From contig JAYTOU010000015.1 in the NCBI GenBank assembly GCA_043747615.1, positions 21,655 to 85,654 on the forward strand: 64,000 bases of DNA, given 5' to 3'. Source of the stretch: Myxococcales bacterium. Lineage in GTDB: Bacteria > Myxococcota_A > Polyangia > Polyangiales > Polyangiaceae. A program made the position numbers and the translations under genes. Under the pieces are notes generated by a model. That model searched no databases and was not told where the DNA came from. It was given only the letters and a program-made list of their open reading frames with translations. How positions within the stretch are numbered: the first letter of the stretch is position 1; each line of letters begins with the position of its first letter. Of this stretch, positions 31,678 to 40,956 are shown piece after piece.

Positions 31678-34422
31678 ATGAGCACCGAAACTCCGAACGG
31701 CGTCCCCGCCGACATCTCCCGTCCTGCTGCCGAAGTGCGTGCGGCGTTCCTCGAATTCTTCCGCGCGAAGGGGCACGAGGTATGCGCAAGCGCGCCTCTC
31801 ATCCCGCCGAACGATCCGACGCTGATGTTCACGAACGCCGGAATGGTCCCCTTCAAGGACGTGTTCACGGGCCGATCTCCCTTGCCGATTGCGGCGGGCG
31901 ACGGTGGGCGTTCCTTCAAGCGTGCGGCTTCGAGCCAGAAGTGCATCCGCATCTCGGGCAAGCACAACGATCTCGAGAACGTCGGCGTCACGGCGCGCCA
32001 CCACACCTTCTTCGAGATGCTCGGCAACTTCAGCTTCGGCGATTACTTCAAGGAAGAGGCCATCGCCTTCGCGTGGGAGCTGCTCACCAAGGAGCTTCGC
32101 ATTCCCGAGGACCGGATGTGCGTCACCGTCTTCGGCGGTGAAGCGGGATTGCCCGCAGACGACGAGGCCCGCGCGATCTGGAAGAAGGTCACCGGCTTCC
32201 CCGACGAAAAAATCATCGGCATGGGGATGAAAGAAAATTTCTGGCAGATGGGAGAGACAGGCCCCTGCGGCCCATGCTCGGAAATCCACTTCTTCCTAGG
32301 GGATTCGCCGGATCTTGCGCTCTTCGACCAGGAGCCCACCGCCGACGGTCGCGGGTGGATGGAGATCTGGAATCTCGTCTTCATGCAGTTCGACCGCACG
32401 ATCGAGGACGGTGCCGCGAAGCTCGCGCAGCTCCCCGCGCCGTGCGTCGACACCGGAGCGGGCCTGGAGCGTCTGGCGAGCGTGCTCCAGGGCAGGATGA
32501 CGAACTACGACAGCGATCTGCTCCGCGCGCTCGTCGACAAAGCAAGCGCGCTCGCCAAGAAGCCGTACCGCGGCACCCTGGCGGACGACGACACGTCGAT
32601 GCGGGTCATCGCCGACCACGCGCGCACAACGGCGTTCCTCATCGCCGAAGGGGTGATGCCCGATCGCACGGGTCGCGAGTACGTTCTTCGCCGCGTGATG
32701 CGCCGGGCCATCCGCCACGGTCATCGTTTGGGCATCGCGGAGCCCTTCCTCCACGAGGTCGCCCGCGAAGTCGTGCGCTTGATGGGCGGTCAATATCCGG
32801 AGCTCGTGGCGCGTGAGAAGCTCATCGTCGACGTGGCGGAGCAAGAAGAGATTCGCTTCCGGCAGACGATCGATCGTGGTCTAAAGATCCTCGACGAAGA
32901 AATCACAGCCTTGCGATCCACTGGGAAAAACAAGCTCTCTGGTGAGACCGCCTTCAAGCTCTACGACACCTTCGGGTTCCCCCTCGATCTCACGGAGGTC
33001 ATCGCGCGGGAGCGTGATCTCGAGGTCGACAACGCAGGCTACGAGAAGGCTCTCGCCGAGCAGCGCGTGCGGAGCGAAGGCTCCAAGGTCGGAGAAGCGG
33101 CGATCGAAGGAGTGTGGCGCGCGGCCCTCGATCGCGCAGGACCGAGCCGCTTCGTCGGTTACGAGCGCGAAGAGTCCGACGGAAAAGTCACGGCCATCGT
33201 TCGCGGCGACAAGCTCGTCGAGTCGGCGTCGGCGGGGGACGAGGTGGCGATCATGATCGACGTGACCCCGTTCTACGGCGAGGCGGGCGGGCAAGTCGGG
33301 GATCGAGGGAAGGTCGATTCGCAGACGCAGGGAGCGTGGACCTTCGCTGTGCAGGACACGCAGAAGCCCGTGACCGGCCTCATTGCCCATCACGGCACCG
33401 TCGGTCTCGGAGAAATTCGGGTCGGTGATCCGGCGCGCCTCGTCGTGGATCACGAACGGAGAAATGCGACGCGAAGAAATCACTCCGCGACCCACCTCCT
33501 TCACTGGGCACTTCGCAGCGTGGTGGGAGAGCAGGCAACCCAGAAGGGATCGCTCGTCGGTCCCGATCGATTGCGCTTCGACTTCTCGCTCAATCGAGCG
33601 CTTTCACCCGAAGAAATAAGCCAAATCGAGGACATGGTGAACGCGAAGATCCTCTCCGACGCCGCCGTGGAGACGGAGGTCCTTCCGATCGACGAAGCGC
33701 GCGCCAAGGGGGCCGTCGCGATCTTCGAAGAGAAGTACGGAGACGTGGTCCGGGTTCTCACGATGACCCGCGACTCCGTCGAGCTATGCGGCGGGACCCA
33801 CGCGCGCGCTCTCGGAGAAATCGGCCTCTTCAAAGTGGTAAGCGAGAGCGGAGTAGCGGCGGGCGTTCGACGGGTGGAGGCAACGACCGGCCTCAACGCG
33901 CTCGGGTACCTCCGTCAGGTCGAGCGCACGCTCAAGACCGCATCCCAGCTCGTGCGGAGCTCGCCGGCCGATCTCCCCGAGAAGATCGAGAAGCTCGTGG
34001 AGCGCGATCGTCAGCTCGACAAGGAGATCGCGGACCTGAAACGAAAGCTGACTATGGGCACGGGCGCCGGCGGGATCGACGATCTCATCCGCGGCGCTCG
34101 CGAGATCCCGGGCGGGAAACTCCTCGCCGTGAAAGTCGACGCGAGCGACGCCGGGACGCTGCGCGAGCTCGCCGAGAAATTGCGCGACAAGCTCGGCGAC
34201 GCCGTGGTCCTCGTCGGTGCGGTCAACGGTCCCAAGGCCTCGCTCGTCCTCACGGTCTCCAAGTCGCTGAACGACCGCTACAAAGCAGGGGATCTCATCA
34301 AGGGCGTGGCCACGATGATCGGCGGCTCCGGCGGCGGTCGGCCCGACATGGCCCAAGCCGGAGGCACCCAAATCGACAAGCTCGACGAGGCCCTCGCGAG
34401 CCTCTATGCGAGCATCACCTAA
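31678..34422 (+). CDS. alaS: Alanine--tRNA ligase
   Basis: FTNAGM, RHHTFFEMLGNFSFGDYFK, NHSATHLLH, ELCGGTH and GGGRPDMAQAGG motifs. Confidence 0.99.
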   Translation: MSTETPNGVPADISRPAAEVRAAFLEFFRAKGHEVCASAPLIPPNDPTLMFTNAGMVPFKDVFTGRSPLPIAAGDGGRSFKRAASSQKCIRISGKHNDLENVGVTARHHTFFEMLGNFSFGDYFKEEAIAFAWELLTKELRIPEDRMCVTVFGGEAGLPADDEARAIWKKVTGFPDEKIIGMGMKENFWQMGETGPCGPCSEIHFFLGDSPDLALFDQEPTADGRGWMEIWNLVFMQFDRTIEDGAAKLAQLPAPCVDTGAGLERLASVLQGRMTNYDSDLLRALVDKASALAKKPYRGTLADDDTSMRVIADHARTTAFLIAEGVMPDRTGREYVLRRVMRRAIRHGHRLGIAEPFLHEVAREVVRLMGGQYPELVAREKLIVDVAEQEEIRFRQTIDRGLKILDEEITALRSTGKNKLSGETAFKLYDTFGFPLDLTEVIARERDLEVDNAGYEKALAEQRVRSEGSKVGEAAIEGVWRAALDRAGPSRFVGYEREESDGKVTAIVRGDKLVESASAGDEVAIMIDVTPFYGEAGGQVGDRGKVDSQTQGAWTFAVQDTQKPVTGLIAHHGTVGLGEIRVGDPARLVVDHERRNATRRNHSATHLLHWALRSVVGEQATQKGSLVGPDRLRFDFSLNRALSPEEISQIEDMVNAKILSDAAVETEVLPIDEARAKGAVAIFEEKYGDVVRVLTMTRDSVELCGGTHARALGEIGLFKVVSESGVAAGVRRVEATTGLNALGYLRQVERTLKTASQLVRSSPADLPEKIEKLVERDRQLDKEIADLKRKLTMGTGAGGIDDLIRGAREIPGGKLLAVKVDASDAGTLRELAEKLRDKLGDAVVLVGAVNGPKASLVLTVSKSLNDRYKAGDLIKGVATMIGGSGGGRPDMAQAGGTQIDKLDEALASLYASIT

Positions 34423-34446
34423 GGCTGCCGCGGTCTGCAGATTCGT

Positions 34447-34719
34447 TCACGAAGAGAGTTGGGGTTTTTGTCGCGAGAGCCGACGGCGCACGATCGGCGG
34501 CACGAACAGCACCTCGAGGTTGAATCGCGCCAAGGCGTCGCAGAGCACGCCGATCCTGTCGAGTAGCGGGAGCCCCGCCGGAACAATCACGGTGGGCACC
34601 CCGTTGACGCGGCAAATCCCACCGCGTGCGTCGAGGAATTCGAAAGGCTCGACGCGCACGACGACCCCGAGCCTCCGGGCCAGCTTCTCCAGCTCCTGGA
34701 AGATGTCGATCGGCGCCAC
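34447..34719 (-). CDS. Small hypothetical protein
   Basis: 90-aa ORF filling the gap after alaS, globular composition (GGICRVNG); TACCAT -10 lies 7 nt upstream of the GTG. Confidence 0.7.
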   Translation of the reverse strand: MAPIDIFQELEKLARRLGVVVRVEPFEFLDARGGICRVNGVPTVIVPAGLPLLDRIGVLCDALARFNLEVLFVPPIVRRRLSRQKPQLSS

Positions 34720-34790
34720 GGGAACGATGGTATCGGTTTTTGGCCGCAGGAAGCCTTGCGAAAGAGGGCAGAATCGTAGACCCTTCAGAA

Positions 34791-36509
34791 GTGTCCGATG
34801 CCTCGCGGAGCCCGACCCCCATTGCGCAGGGGACGGTCATCAACGACCGGTATGAGATTCGCCAAAGCCTCGGCAAGGGTGGCATGGGCGAAGTGTTTCT
34901 TGCGTACGATCGGGCAACTCAGCAGCCTGTCGCGCTGAAAATCGTCCGCGAAGAATCGCGCATGCCCGGGGACGACGAAGCCCTGCGCCAGGAGCTTCTC
35001 CACGCTCGATCGGTGAGCCACCCGAACGTCTGCCGCGTCCACGATCTCACCCCCTCGCAGTACGGTCCGATCTTGGTGATGGAGCACATCACCGGGCAGA
35101 CCCTCCACACCCATATTCGTCGTAGAAAAGCCCAAGGCGGGTACACCTCCGATGAGTTTCGGCGCATCGCCCACGACATCGCCGAAGGGGTCGCGGCCAT
35201 CCACGCCCAAGGCCTCGTACACGGGGATCTGAAACCCGGGAACGTGATGGTCACCGCCGATCCCGACGGCGGTCTCGGAAAGGCGATTGTCCTCGACTTC
35301 GGCTTCGCAAAAGAGCGCGCACGCGCGAGCGGACGTCGCCCAGGCGCCCCACCCGACGGCGGCACCCCGAACTACATGGCTCCCGAGCGAATCCGGTCGG
35401 GCGGCGCCTCCGCCGAAGACGACGTCTACGCCCTCGGCCTCACGCTCTGGGAAATGTGGACCTGCCGCGTTCCCGAGCCCGGCTACAAACCGCGGGCGAA
35501 ACCAATGCGCGCGCAGATCATGTTCGACGTGCCTGCCGGGTTGTCGATCGACGAGATCAAGCAGGTCTTCCGCTGCCTCGCCGATGAGCCGCAGCAGCGT
35601 TTGCCCGCGCGTCACCTCCGCTTTTTCAACCCGATCACCCTCACCACCAATCCCATTCAGGTGCCGCGTGATCGGCTCGACCCTGGTCCTCCGCCCGGAC
35701 GAAGCGCAACGGCGCAGTTCACCCCGGGGGCACAAGGTCTCCTCGCCACCTTCGCCACCAACGCGCCGGAGTTCGTTGGCGAGCTGGTCAGCCTCGACAA
35801 ACCCGAGTTCACTATCGGACGCCGCTCGGACAACGACATCGTCGTTCCCGAGGCCACGGCGAGCGGGCAGCATGCGCACTTCAAATATGCCGCCGGCACC
35901 TGGGTGATCGAAGACATGGGATCGACGAACGGCACCTACGTCGATCACACCTACGAGCGGAAGAAGACGGTGAACTTGATGCACGGCGGCGAGGTGCAGC
36001 TGGGCGAGCTCCGCTTCAAGCTCGCGTCGTTCGCCAAAGACAGCCTCGGTCACAAACGCGCGCGCGCGTACCTCACGAAGCGAGACGGGCTCACGGGCCT
36101 CCTGTCGCGCGAGCAAGTCGCCAAATCGCTCGACGACGATTCGCAGTTCGCCGAGTGGGTCGATGCCCCACTCACGCTTGCCCGCTACGAGCTCCGCGGC
36201 CCGAACCGCCTCGTCTCCGATCGGCCGACGATCCTGGAGATGCTCGCCTTCCGCCGCGCGGCAACGCGGGTCATCGAGCTCACGGACATGCTTCTTTTGT
36301 CGCTGATCGCTGTGACCGCAGGGCGCACCGGACCGCTTCGCTTCGTGGTCGGAATGGTGGGGCCCGGTCCACAAGAAGCGCGCAACTTGGTGGAGCAGGT
36401 CGTCGGTCAGGTGCAAGGCATGCTCCCCGACGGGCTCGATCTCGTGGCGTCGATCGCGCGCTTCGAGTCGGGCATGAACGTTCGCAGCTTGCTCGATCCG
36501 CAACCCTGA
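34791..36509 (+). CDS. Ser/Thr protein kinase with FHA domain and degenerate GGDEF-like C-terminus
   Basis: GKGGMG, VALK, HGDLKPGN, DFG, GTPNYMAPE; FHA IGR..SGQH..STNG; C-terminal DGLTGLLSR and GRTGPLRF. Start is approximate. Confidence 0.9.
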   Translation: MSDASRSPTPIAQGTVINDRYEIRQSLGKGGMGEVFLAYDRATQQPVALKIVREESRMPGDDEALRQELLHARSVSHPNVCRVHDLTPSQYGPILVMEHITGQTLHTHIRRRKAQGGYTSDEFRRIAHDIAEGVAAIHAQGLVHGDLKPGNVMVTADPDGGLGKAIVLDFGFAKERARASGRRPGAPPDGGTPNYMAPERIRSGGASAEDDVYALGLTLWEMWTCRVPEPGYKPRAKPMRAQIMFDVPAGLSIDEIKQVFRCLADEPQQRLPARHLRFFNPITLTTNPIQVPRDRLDPGPPPGRSATAQFTPGAQGLLATFATNAPEFVGELVSLDKPEFTIGRRSDNDIVVPEATASGQHAHFKYAAGTWVIEDMGSTNGTYVDHTYERKKTVNLMHGGEVQLGELRFKLASFAKDSLGHKRARAYLTKRDGLTGLLSREQVAKSLDDDSQFAEWVDAPLTLARYELRGPNRLVSDRPTILEMLAFRRAATRVIELTDMLLLSLIAVTAGRTGPLRFVVGMVGPGPQEARNLVEQVVGQVQGMLPDGLDLVASIARFESGMNVRSLLDPQP

Positions 36510-36526
36510 GCCGAGCTTCGTAGCCA

Positions 36527-37180
36527 GTGGAAGGAGGATCCCATCCGCCCTCGGAGCCGAAACCCCAGCGCCCGCGCGCAGGCGAATCCGCGAGCATCGA
36601 TCTCGGCAGCGTAGGGCGCCCTGCCCGCGTGCAGATGATCGCAGCTCTCCTTCTCGGTCTCGTCCTCGTGGCGATCCCGCTCTACTTGTGGCGGAGGCCG
36701 CGCTCGCTTCCCGAGCAGACCACAGACGACGCGGGAACCATCGCCGACGCTGCGGTCGACGCCGGTGCGCCGGCCGATCTTCCGTCCGTGAAGCCCGTCG
36801 ACCCAAACGCCGTGAGCGTTGGCGTGGCGCACCCGGTTGACTGCCGCGACGGCACGAAGAAGACGGCCGGGGCCGACTGCGACCGGCTACCACCGATCGA
36901 AAAAGCGCTCGCCTTCGCCATCGAGTCGGCCGGAACGTGCGTGCCGAGCTCGGCAGGCGGAGGAACGATCGAGTACGTGGCCGACGTGAATTTTGCTCGC
37001 AAAAAGCTGCCGGTCGCACTCCTGACCCCCAAAGACACACGGAGCATCAAGAGCGCGAAGGTGGTCGGGGTGTGTGCGGCCGCCGTGAAGCGCGCTTTCG
37101 CCACGCCCCCCTTGGATTTCCCGCACGCGCATGGCCGTTACAAGATTGCGATCGTGGCGACGTACCCCTCGCCCCATTAA
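36527..37180 (+). CDS. Hypothetical single-pass membrane protein
   Basis: TM segment MIAALLLGLVLVAIPLYLW, Ala/Asp linker, C-terminal domain with 4 Cys. Confidence 0.7.
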   Translation: MEGGSHPPSEPKPQRPRAGESASIDLGSVGRPARVQMIAALLLGLVLVAIPLYLWRRPRSLPEQTTDDAGTIADAAVDAGAPADLPSVKPVDPNAVSVGVAHPVDCRDGTKKTAGADCDRLPPIEKALAFAIESAGTCVPSSAGGGTIEYVADVNFARKKLPVALLTPKDTRSIKSAKVVGVCAAAVKRAFATPPLDFPHAHGRYKIAIVATYPSPH

Positions 37181-37230
37181 TACCAACGGTCAGGCTTGCC
37201 CCCCGGCCGCCGCGCGTCCAAGTTAGCGGC

Positions 37231-37443
37231 ATGAGAGTTCCCGCTGCCGTTGCTTCCCTCGTCGCCTTTCTCACGCCGGCGATCGCCATGGCCTGCCCGT
37301 CGGCCGCGGCAACGGCCTGCGGATCGCACGCGTGCGGATCCGGGCTCGGCGGTTACGTCATGGCCGTTGGCTTCGGCCTCCTTGCCGGCATGGGCTCGAT
37401 CGCCGTCGAGCGTGGCACGAAGCGGCGGCTCAAGAAAAAGTGA
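37231..37443 (+). CDS. Small Cys-containing membrane protein
   Basis: 70 aa: signal-like segment, [17 protein letters not shown] helix, KRRLKKK tail; GTGA overlap with purF. Confidence 0.65.
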   Translation: MRVPAAVASLVAFLTPAIAMACPSAAATACGSHACGSGLGGYVMAVGFGLLAGMGSIAVERGTKRRLKKK

Positions 37444-38939
37444 AGAAGCGCCTCGTCATCCTGGACCCCCATACGGTCCCCCTTCGTCCCAACAAGGGAC
37501 GCAATGAGCTCGACGACGATCGCTTTCATGATCAGTGCGGCGTGTTCGGCATCTATGGGCACCCCGAGTCCGCGAACCTGACCTACCTCGGGCTCCACGC
37601 CCTTCAGCATCGTGGCCAGGAGTCGGCGGGTATCGTCACGAGCGACGGTCAACAGCTCTTTGCCCACCGCGCCATGGGCCTCGTGCAAGACGCGTTCAGC
37701 GAGGCGCAGCTCTCGAAGCTCCCCGGCAAGCACGCGATCGGGCACGTGCGCTACTCGACGACCGGCGAGTCGCACCTCAAGAACGCGCAGCCCTTCGCGG
37801 TCGACTACGCTCGCGGATCGCTCGGCGTCTGCCACAACGGCAACCTCACGAACGCCGATGAGCTCCGGCTCGATCTCGAAAAAAACGGATCGATCTTCCA
37901 GTCCTCGAGCGACACCGAGGTGCTTGTTCACCTCGTCGCGCGCTCCAACCAGATCTCGATCGAGGATCGCGTCCTCGACACGCTCGCCAAGGTTCGCGGC
38001 GCCTACTCGCTCCTCTTCTTGACGGAAGAGACTCTCGTCGCCGTCCGCGATCCCATGGGGATTCGCCCGCTTTGCCTGGGAATCCTGCCGGGGAACAAGG
38101 ACGCCCACGTCGTCGCCAGCGAGCCTACTGCCTTCGATCTGATCGGCGCCGAGTTCGTCCGCGACGTTGAGCCGGGTGAGCTCATCGTGATCGACAGCGC
38201 GGGATTGCGGTCGATGCGCGTACCGCCTGCGGAGGGTGTACCGGCGCAAAAGCACATGTGCGTCTTCGAGTACGTGTACTTTGCACGCCCCGATTCGCAC
38301 ATCGGCGGCCGAAGCGTCTACGAGGTCCGAAAGTCTCTCGGGCAAGCGCTCGCGAAGGAGCATCCGGTGGAGGCCGACGTGGTGATCCCCGTCCCCGACT
38401 CCGGCGTACCTTCGGGCATCGGCTACGCCGCGGCCCTCGGCATCCCCTTCGAAATGGGGCTCATTCGCTCGCACTACGTGGGGCGCACTTTCATTGAGCC
38501 GCAGCAATCGATCCGTCACTTCGGGGTCCGCTTGAAGCTCAATCCGGTCGAGTCCATCTTGCGCGGCAAGCGGGTCATCGTTCTCGACGACTCGATCGTG
38601 CGCGGGACCACGTCACGCAAGATTGTGAAGATGGTGCGCGACGCCGGTGCACGCGAAGTGCATCTGCGCATCTCGAGCCCGCCGACGCAGTGGCCTTGCT
38701 ACTACGGAATCGACACTCCGACGCGCAGCGAGCTCATCGCTTCGAGCCACACCGTCGACGAGATCACCCGCTACGTCACCGCCGACTCGCTCGCCTACCT
38801 CTCGCTCGACGGAATGCTCCGCGCCGTCAGCGGGCCGGAGGGCGAGCCCAACAACTACTGCCATGCCTGTTTTTCAGGCAAGTACGCGATCCCATTCTCG
38901 CCGACGAACAAGCGGCAGATGCGCCTGGTCGGAGTCTAG
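37440..38939 (+). CDS. purF: Amidophosphoribosyltransferase
   Basis: Propeptide then [51 protein letters not shown]. Confidence 0.98.
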   Translation: MKKRLVILDPHTVPLRPNKGRNELDDDRFHDQCGVFGIYGHPESANLTYLGLHALQHRGQESAGIVTSDGQQLFAHRAMGLVQDAFSEAQLSKLPGKHAIGHVRYSTTGESHLKNAQPFAVDYARGSLGVCHNGNLTNADELRLDLEKNGSIFQSSSDTEVLVHLVARSNQISIEDRVLDTLAKVRGAYSLLFLTEETLVAVRDPMGIRPLCLGILPGNKDAHVVASEPTAFDLIGAEFVRDVEPGELIVIDSAGLRSMRVPPAEGVPAQKHMCVFEYVYFARPDSHIGGRSVYEVRKSLGQALAKEHPVEADVVIPVPDSGVPSGIGYAAALGIPFEMGLIRSHYVGRTFIEPQQSIRHFGVRLKLNPVESILRGKRVIVLDDSIVRGTTSRKIVKMVRDAGAREVHLRISSPPTQWPCYYGIDTPTRSELIASSHTVDEITRYVTADSLAYLSLDGMLRAVSGPEGEPNNYCHACFSGKYAIPFSPTNKRQMRLVGV

Positions 38940-38956
38940 AAAACGACGGAGCCGGC

Positions 38957-39751
38957 CTACTCCGCTTCGTCGTAGATTCGAACGCTCGAGAAGAGGCCAC
39001 TGGCGCCTCGCTCGAAGATCATCGCGCCTTCTTTCGGAGCGCTCTCTCCGTCGCGTAGCTTGCTCGTCTCGTATTCCACCGCACAAGTTCGGCCGTCGTC
39101 GGCGACGGAGATCACCACCGGTTGCCAGTCATTCGCAGCCGGTCCGCTCTGGAGGAGACGCACGTAAAATTCGTGCATGCCTCCGCCGGGACGCGCGTGC
39201 ACTTTGCCCGTTCCGCCGCGCACGCTGCCCTCGGTCTCGAAGCCAGCGACGAGGGCATCCACGTCTCCCAGCCGCATGAGCGCGAGGTGCTCGGCCACGT
39301 GAGCGGGGACCGCCGGATCCTTCTCGCTCTGTCCGCGATGCGGTCTGGCCGCTTGCCAGCGCTTGAGAGGAAGCGTCGCGTGATAGACGCGAAGATCGAT
39401 CTCCCGCGCCCTCTTGCGCTCCATGATGAGCGCGACCGGGAGCTCGACGTGCTGCTCGTTCAGCCGCATGGACAGCGTCCCCTCGGTCACGTCGCGATCG
39501 ATGCCGACCAGGGTGGACGAAGCGCTGAACGCTGCGCTCCGATCACTCAACCACGCGGCGAGCTCCTTCAGTCGGCTGGAGACCTCCGGCCCCGAGGCCG
39601 CTCCGAAGATCGGGCTGTAGATTTTCGCTCGCGAGCCGAGCCGCTTGCCGAGCTCCTCTTGCGAATCGGACAGCAACGCAGGGAAGAACACGTCGGATAA
39701 CCGACCACGCAAGCTCGATGTCTGTCGCCCGCCGTCATCGTCCTCGAACAT
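38957..39751 (-). CDS. Hypothetical protein, possibly tandem NTF2/SnoaL-like domains
   Basis: GDVDALVAGFETEGSV, DDGRTCAVEY and SVRIYD resemble SnoaL-like folds; TATTGT -10 lies 8 nt upstream of ATG 39751. Confidence 0.6.
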   Translation of the reverse strand: MFEDDDGGRQTSSLRGRLSDVFFPALLSDSQEELGKRLGSRAKIYSPIFGAASGPEVSSRLKELAAWLSDRSAAFSASSTLVGIDRDVTEGTLSMRLNEQHVELPVALIMERKRAREIDLRVYHATLPLKRWQAARPHRGQSEKDPAVPAHVAEHLALMRLGDVDALVAGFETEGSVRGGTGKVHARPGGGMHEFYVRLLQSGPAANDWQPVVISVADDGRTCAVEYETSKLRDGESAPKEGAMIFERGASGLFSSVRIYDEAE

Positions 39752-39826
39752 GGCAATCGACAATACTCGACTGGAGCGCAGACCACGACCTCGACTTCAC
39801 GTTTGAGCGGGCTTATCTCTTACCCC

Positions 39827-40741
39827 ATGTTTTGTCGGCTCCCGGAGAGCGTCACCGTCTACGAGGTCTCCCCCCGCGATGGCCTCCAAAACGAGCGCGC
39901 GACCGTGCCCCTCCGCGACAAGATCCGCCTCATCGACGCCCTCGTGGCAGCCGGCCTTCGCCACGTCGAAATCACGAGCTTCGTTTCCCCGAAGTGGATC
40001 CCGCAGCTCGCAGACGCCGATGACGTCGCAAAGAGCGTCAGGCCTCCGCCCGGTGTCGTGTTTTCTGCCTTGTGCCCGAACGCCACCGGTCTCGAGCGCG
40101 CGATCGCCGCAGGCATGGAGGAAATAGCCGTATTTCTCTCGGCGAGCGAGACCCACAACCGTAAGAACATCAACAAGACGATCGACGAGACCATGGCCGC
40201 CTTCGAGGAGACGATCCCTCCCGCCCTGGCTCGCGGTATGCGGGTGCGCGCGTACGTCTCGACGGTGTGGGGCTGCCCTTACGAAGGCGAGGTCGATCCG
40301 GAGCGCGCTCGCGGAATCGCCGCCCGCTTGGTCGACATGGGCTGCTACCAAATTTCGCTGGGGGACACGATCGGCTGTGGCACCCCCCGGCAGACGCAGC
40401 GGATCATCGAGCTCGTGTCGATGGACATCCCGCTCGAGAAGCTCGCCCTGCACATGCACGACACGCGCGGGACGGCGCTCGCGAACGTCGTGGTCGGCCT
40501 CGAGCTGGGGATCCGCACCTTCGATGCATCGGTCGGGGGCCTTGGCGGGTGTCCGTATGCGCCGGGAGCCGCGGGAAACCTGGCCACCGAGGACCTCGTC
40601 TCCATGCTCCATGGAATGGGAATCGAAACCGGGATCGACCTCGACAAGCTCGTCGCCGCCGGCAACGTCGCGGAGAGCGTCGTAGGCCGTCCACTTCCCG
40701 GAAAAGTTCACCAGTCCGGCGTCCGGAGCTTCGGCGCATAA
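39827..40741 (+). CDS. hmgL: Hydroxymethylglutaryl-CoA lyase
   Basis: EVSPRDGLQNE, SFVSPKWIPQLAD, LGDTIG, HMHDTRG and GLGGCPYAPGA.GNLATED motifs. Confidence 0.95.
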   Translation: MFCRLPESVTVYEVSPRDGLQNERATVPLRDKIRLIDALVAAGLRHVEITSFVSPKWIPQLADADDVAKSVRPPPGVVFSALCPNATGLERAIAAGMEEIAVFLSASETHNRKNINKTIDETMAAFEETIPPALARGMRVRAYVSTVWGCPYEGEVDPERARGIAARLVDMGCYQISLGDTIGCGTPRQTQRIIELVSMDIPLEKLALHMHDTRGTALANVVVGLELGIRTFDASVGGLGGCPYAPGAAGNLATEDLVSMLHGMGIETGIDLDKLVAAGNVAESVVGRPLPGKVHQSGVRSFGA

Positions 40742-40839
40742 CTTCAATCTTGAAAACGACCTTTCACTTTTGCACGAACCAATAGGCCTCAGGGTCGGCT
40801 GAGGTCGCAAGATCCGGCTGAAACGGCGTTTTCTGGATC

Positions 40840-40855
40840 TGGCACACTAGTCGCA
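40840..40855 (+). promoter_or_regulatory. Sigma54 (-24/-12) promoter
   Basis: TGGCACACTAGTCGCA: GG at 40841-40842, exactly 10 nt, GC at 40853-40854; intergenic. Confidence 0.7.
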
Positions 40856-40865
40856 AAGTCGAACT

Positions 40866-40926
40866 GCGGTACCGCGTAGCTTGGCTCTCCCCCCCCGGGC
40901 CCTCTATGTGGTGCCGTTTTCTTTTT
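40866..40926 (+). ncRNA. Candidate sigma54-dependent small RNA with C-rich loop (Pxr-like architecture)
   Basis: GCGGUACCGCGUAG (40866-40879) pairs with CUAUGUGGUGCCGU (40904-40917) using G-U pairs; inner stem GGCUC/GGGCC closes the loop UCCCCCCCC; followed by UUUCUUUUU; starts ~12 nt after the sigma54 GC. Confidence 0.65.
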
Positions 40927-40956
40927 GTCGGTCGACGAGGTAACTACGACCGCGCG

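Noticed and set aside
28088..37040. Long minus-strand ORFs 28088-29848 and 34785-37040
   Set aside because: They lie opposite radA/TlpA and the kinase, which carry clear family motifs; no motifs of their own.
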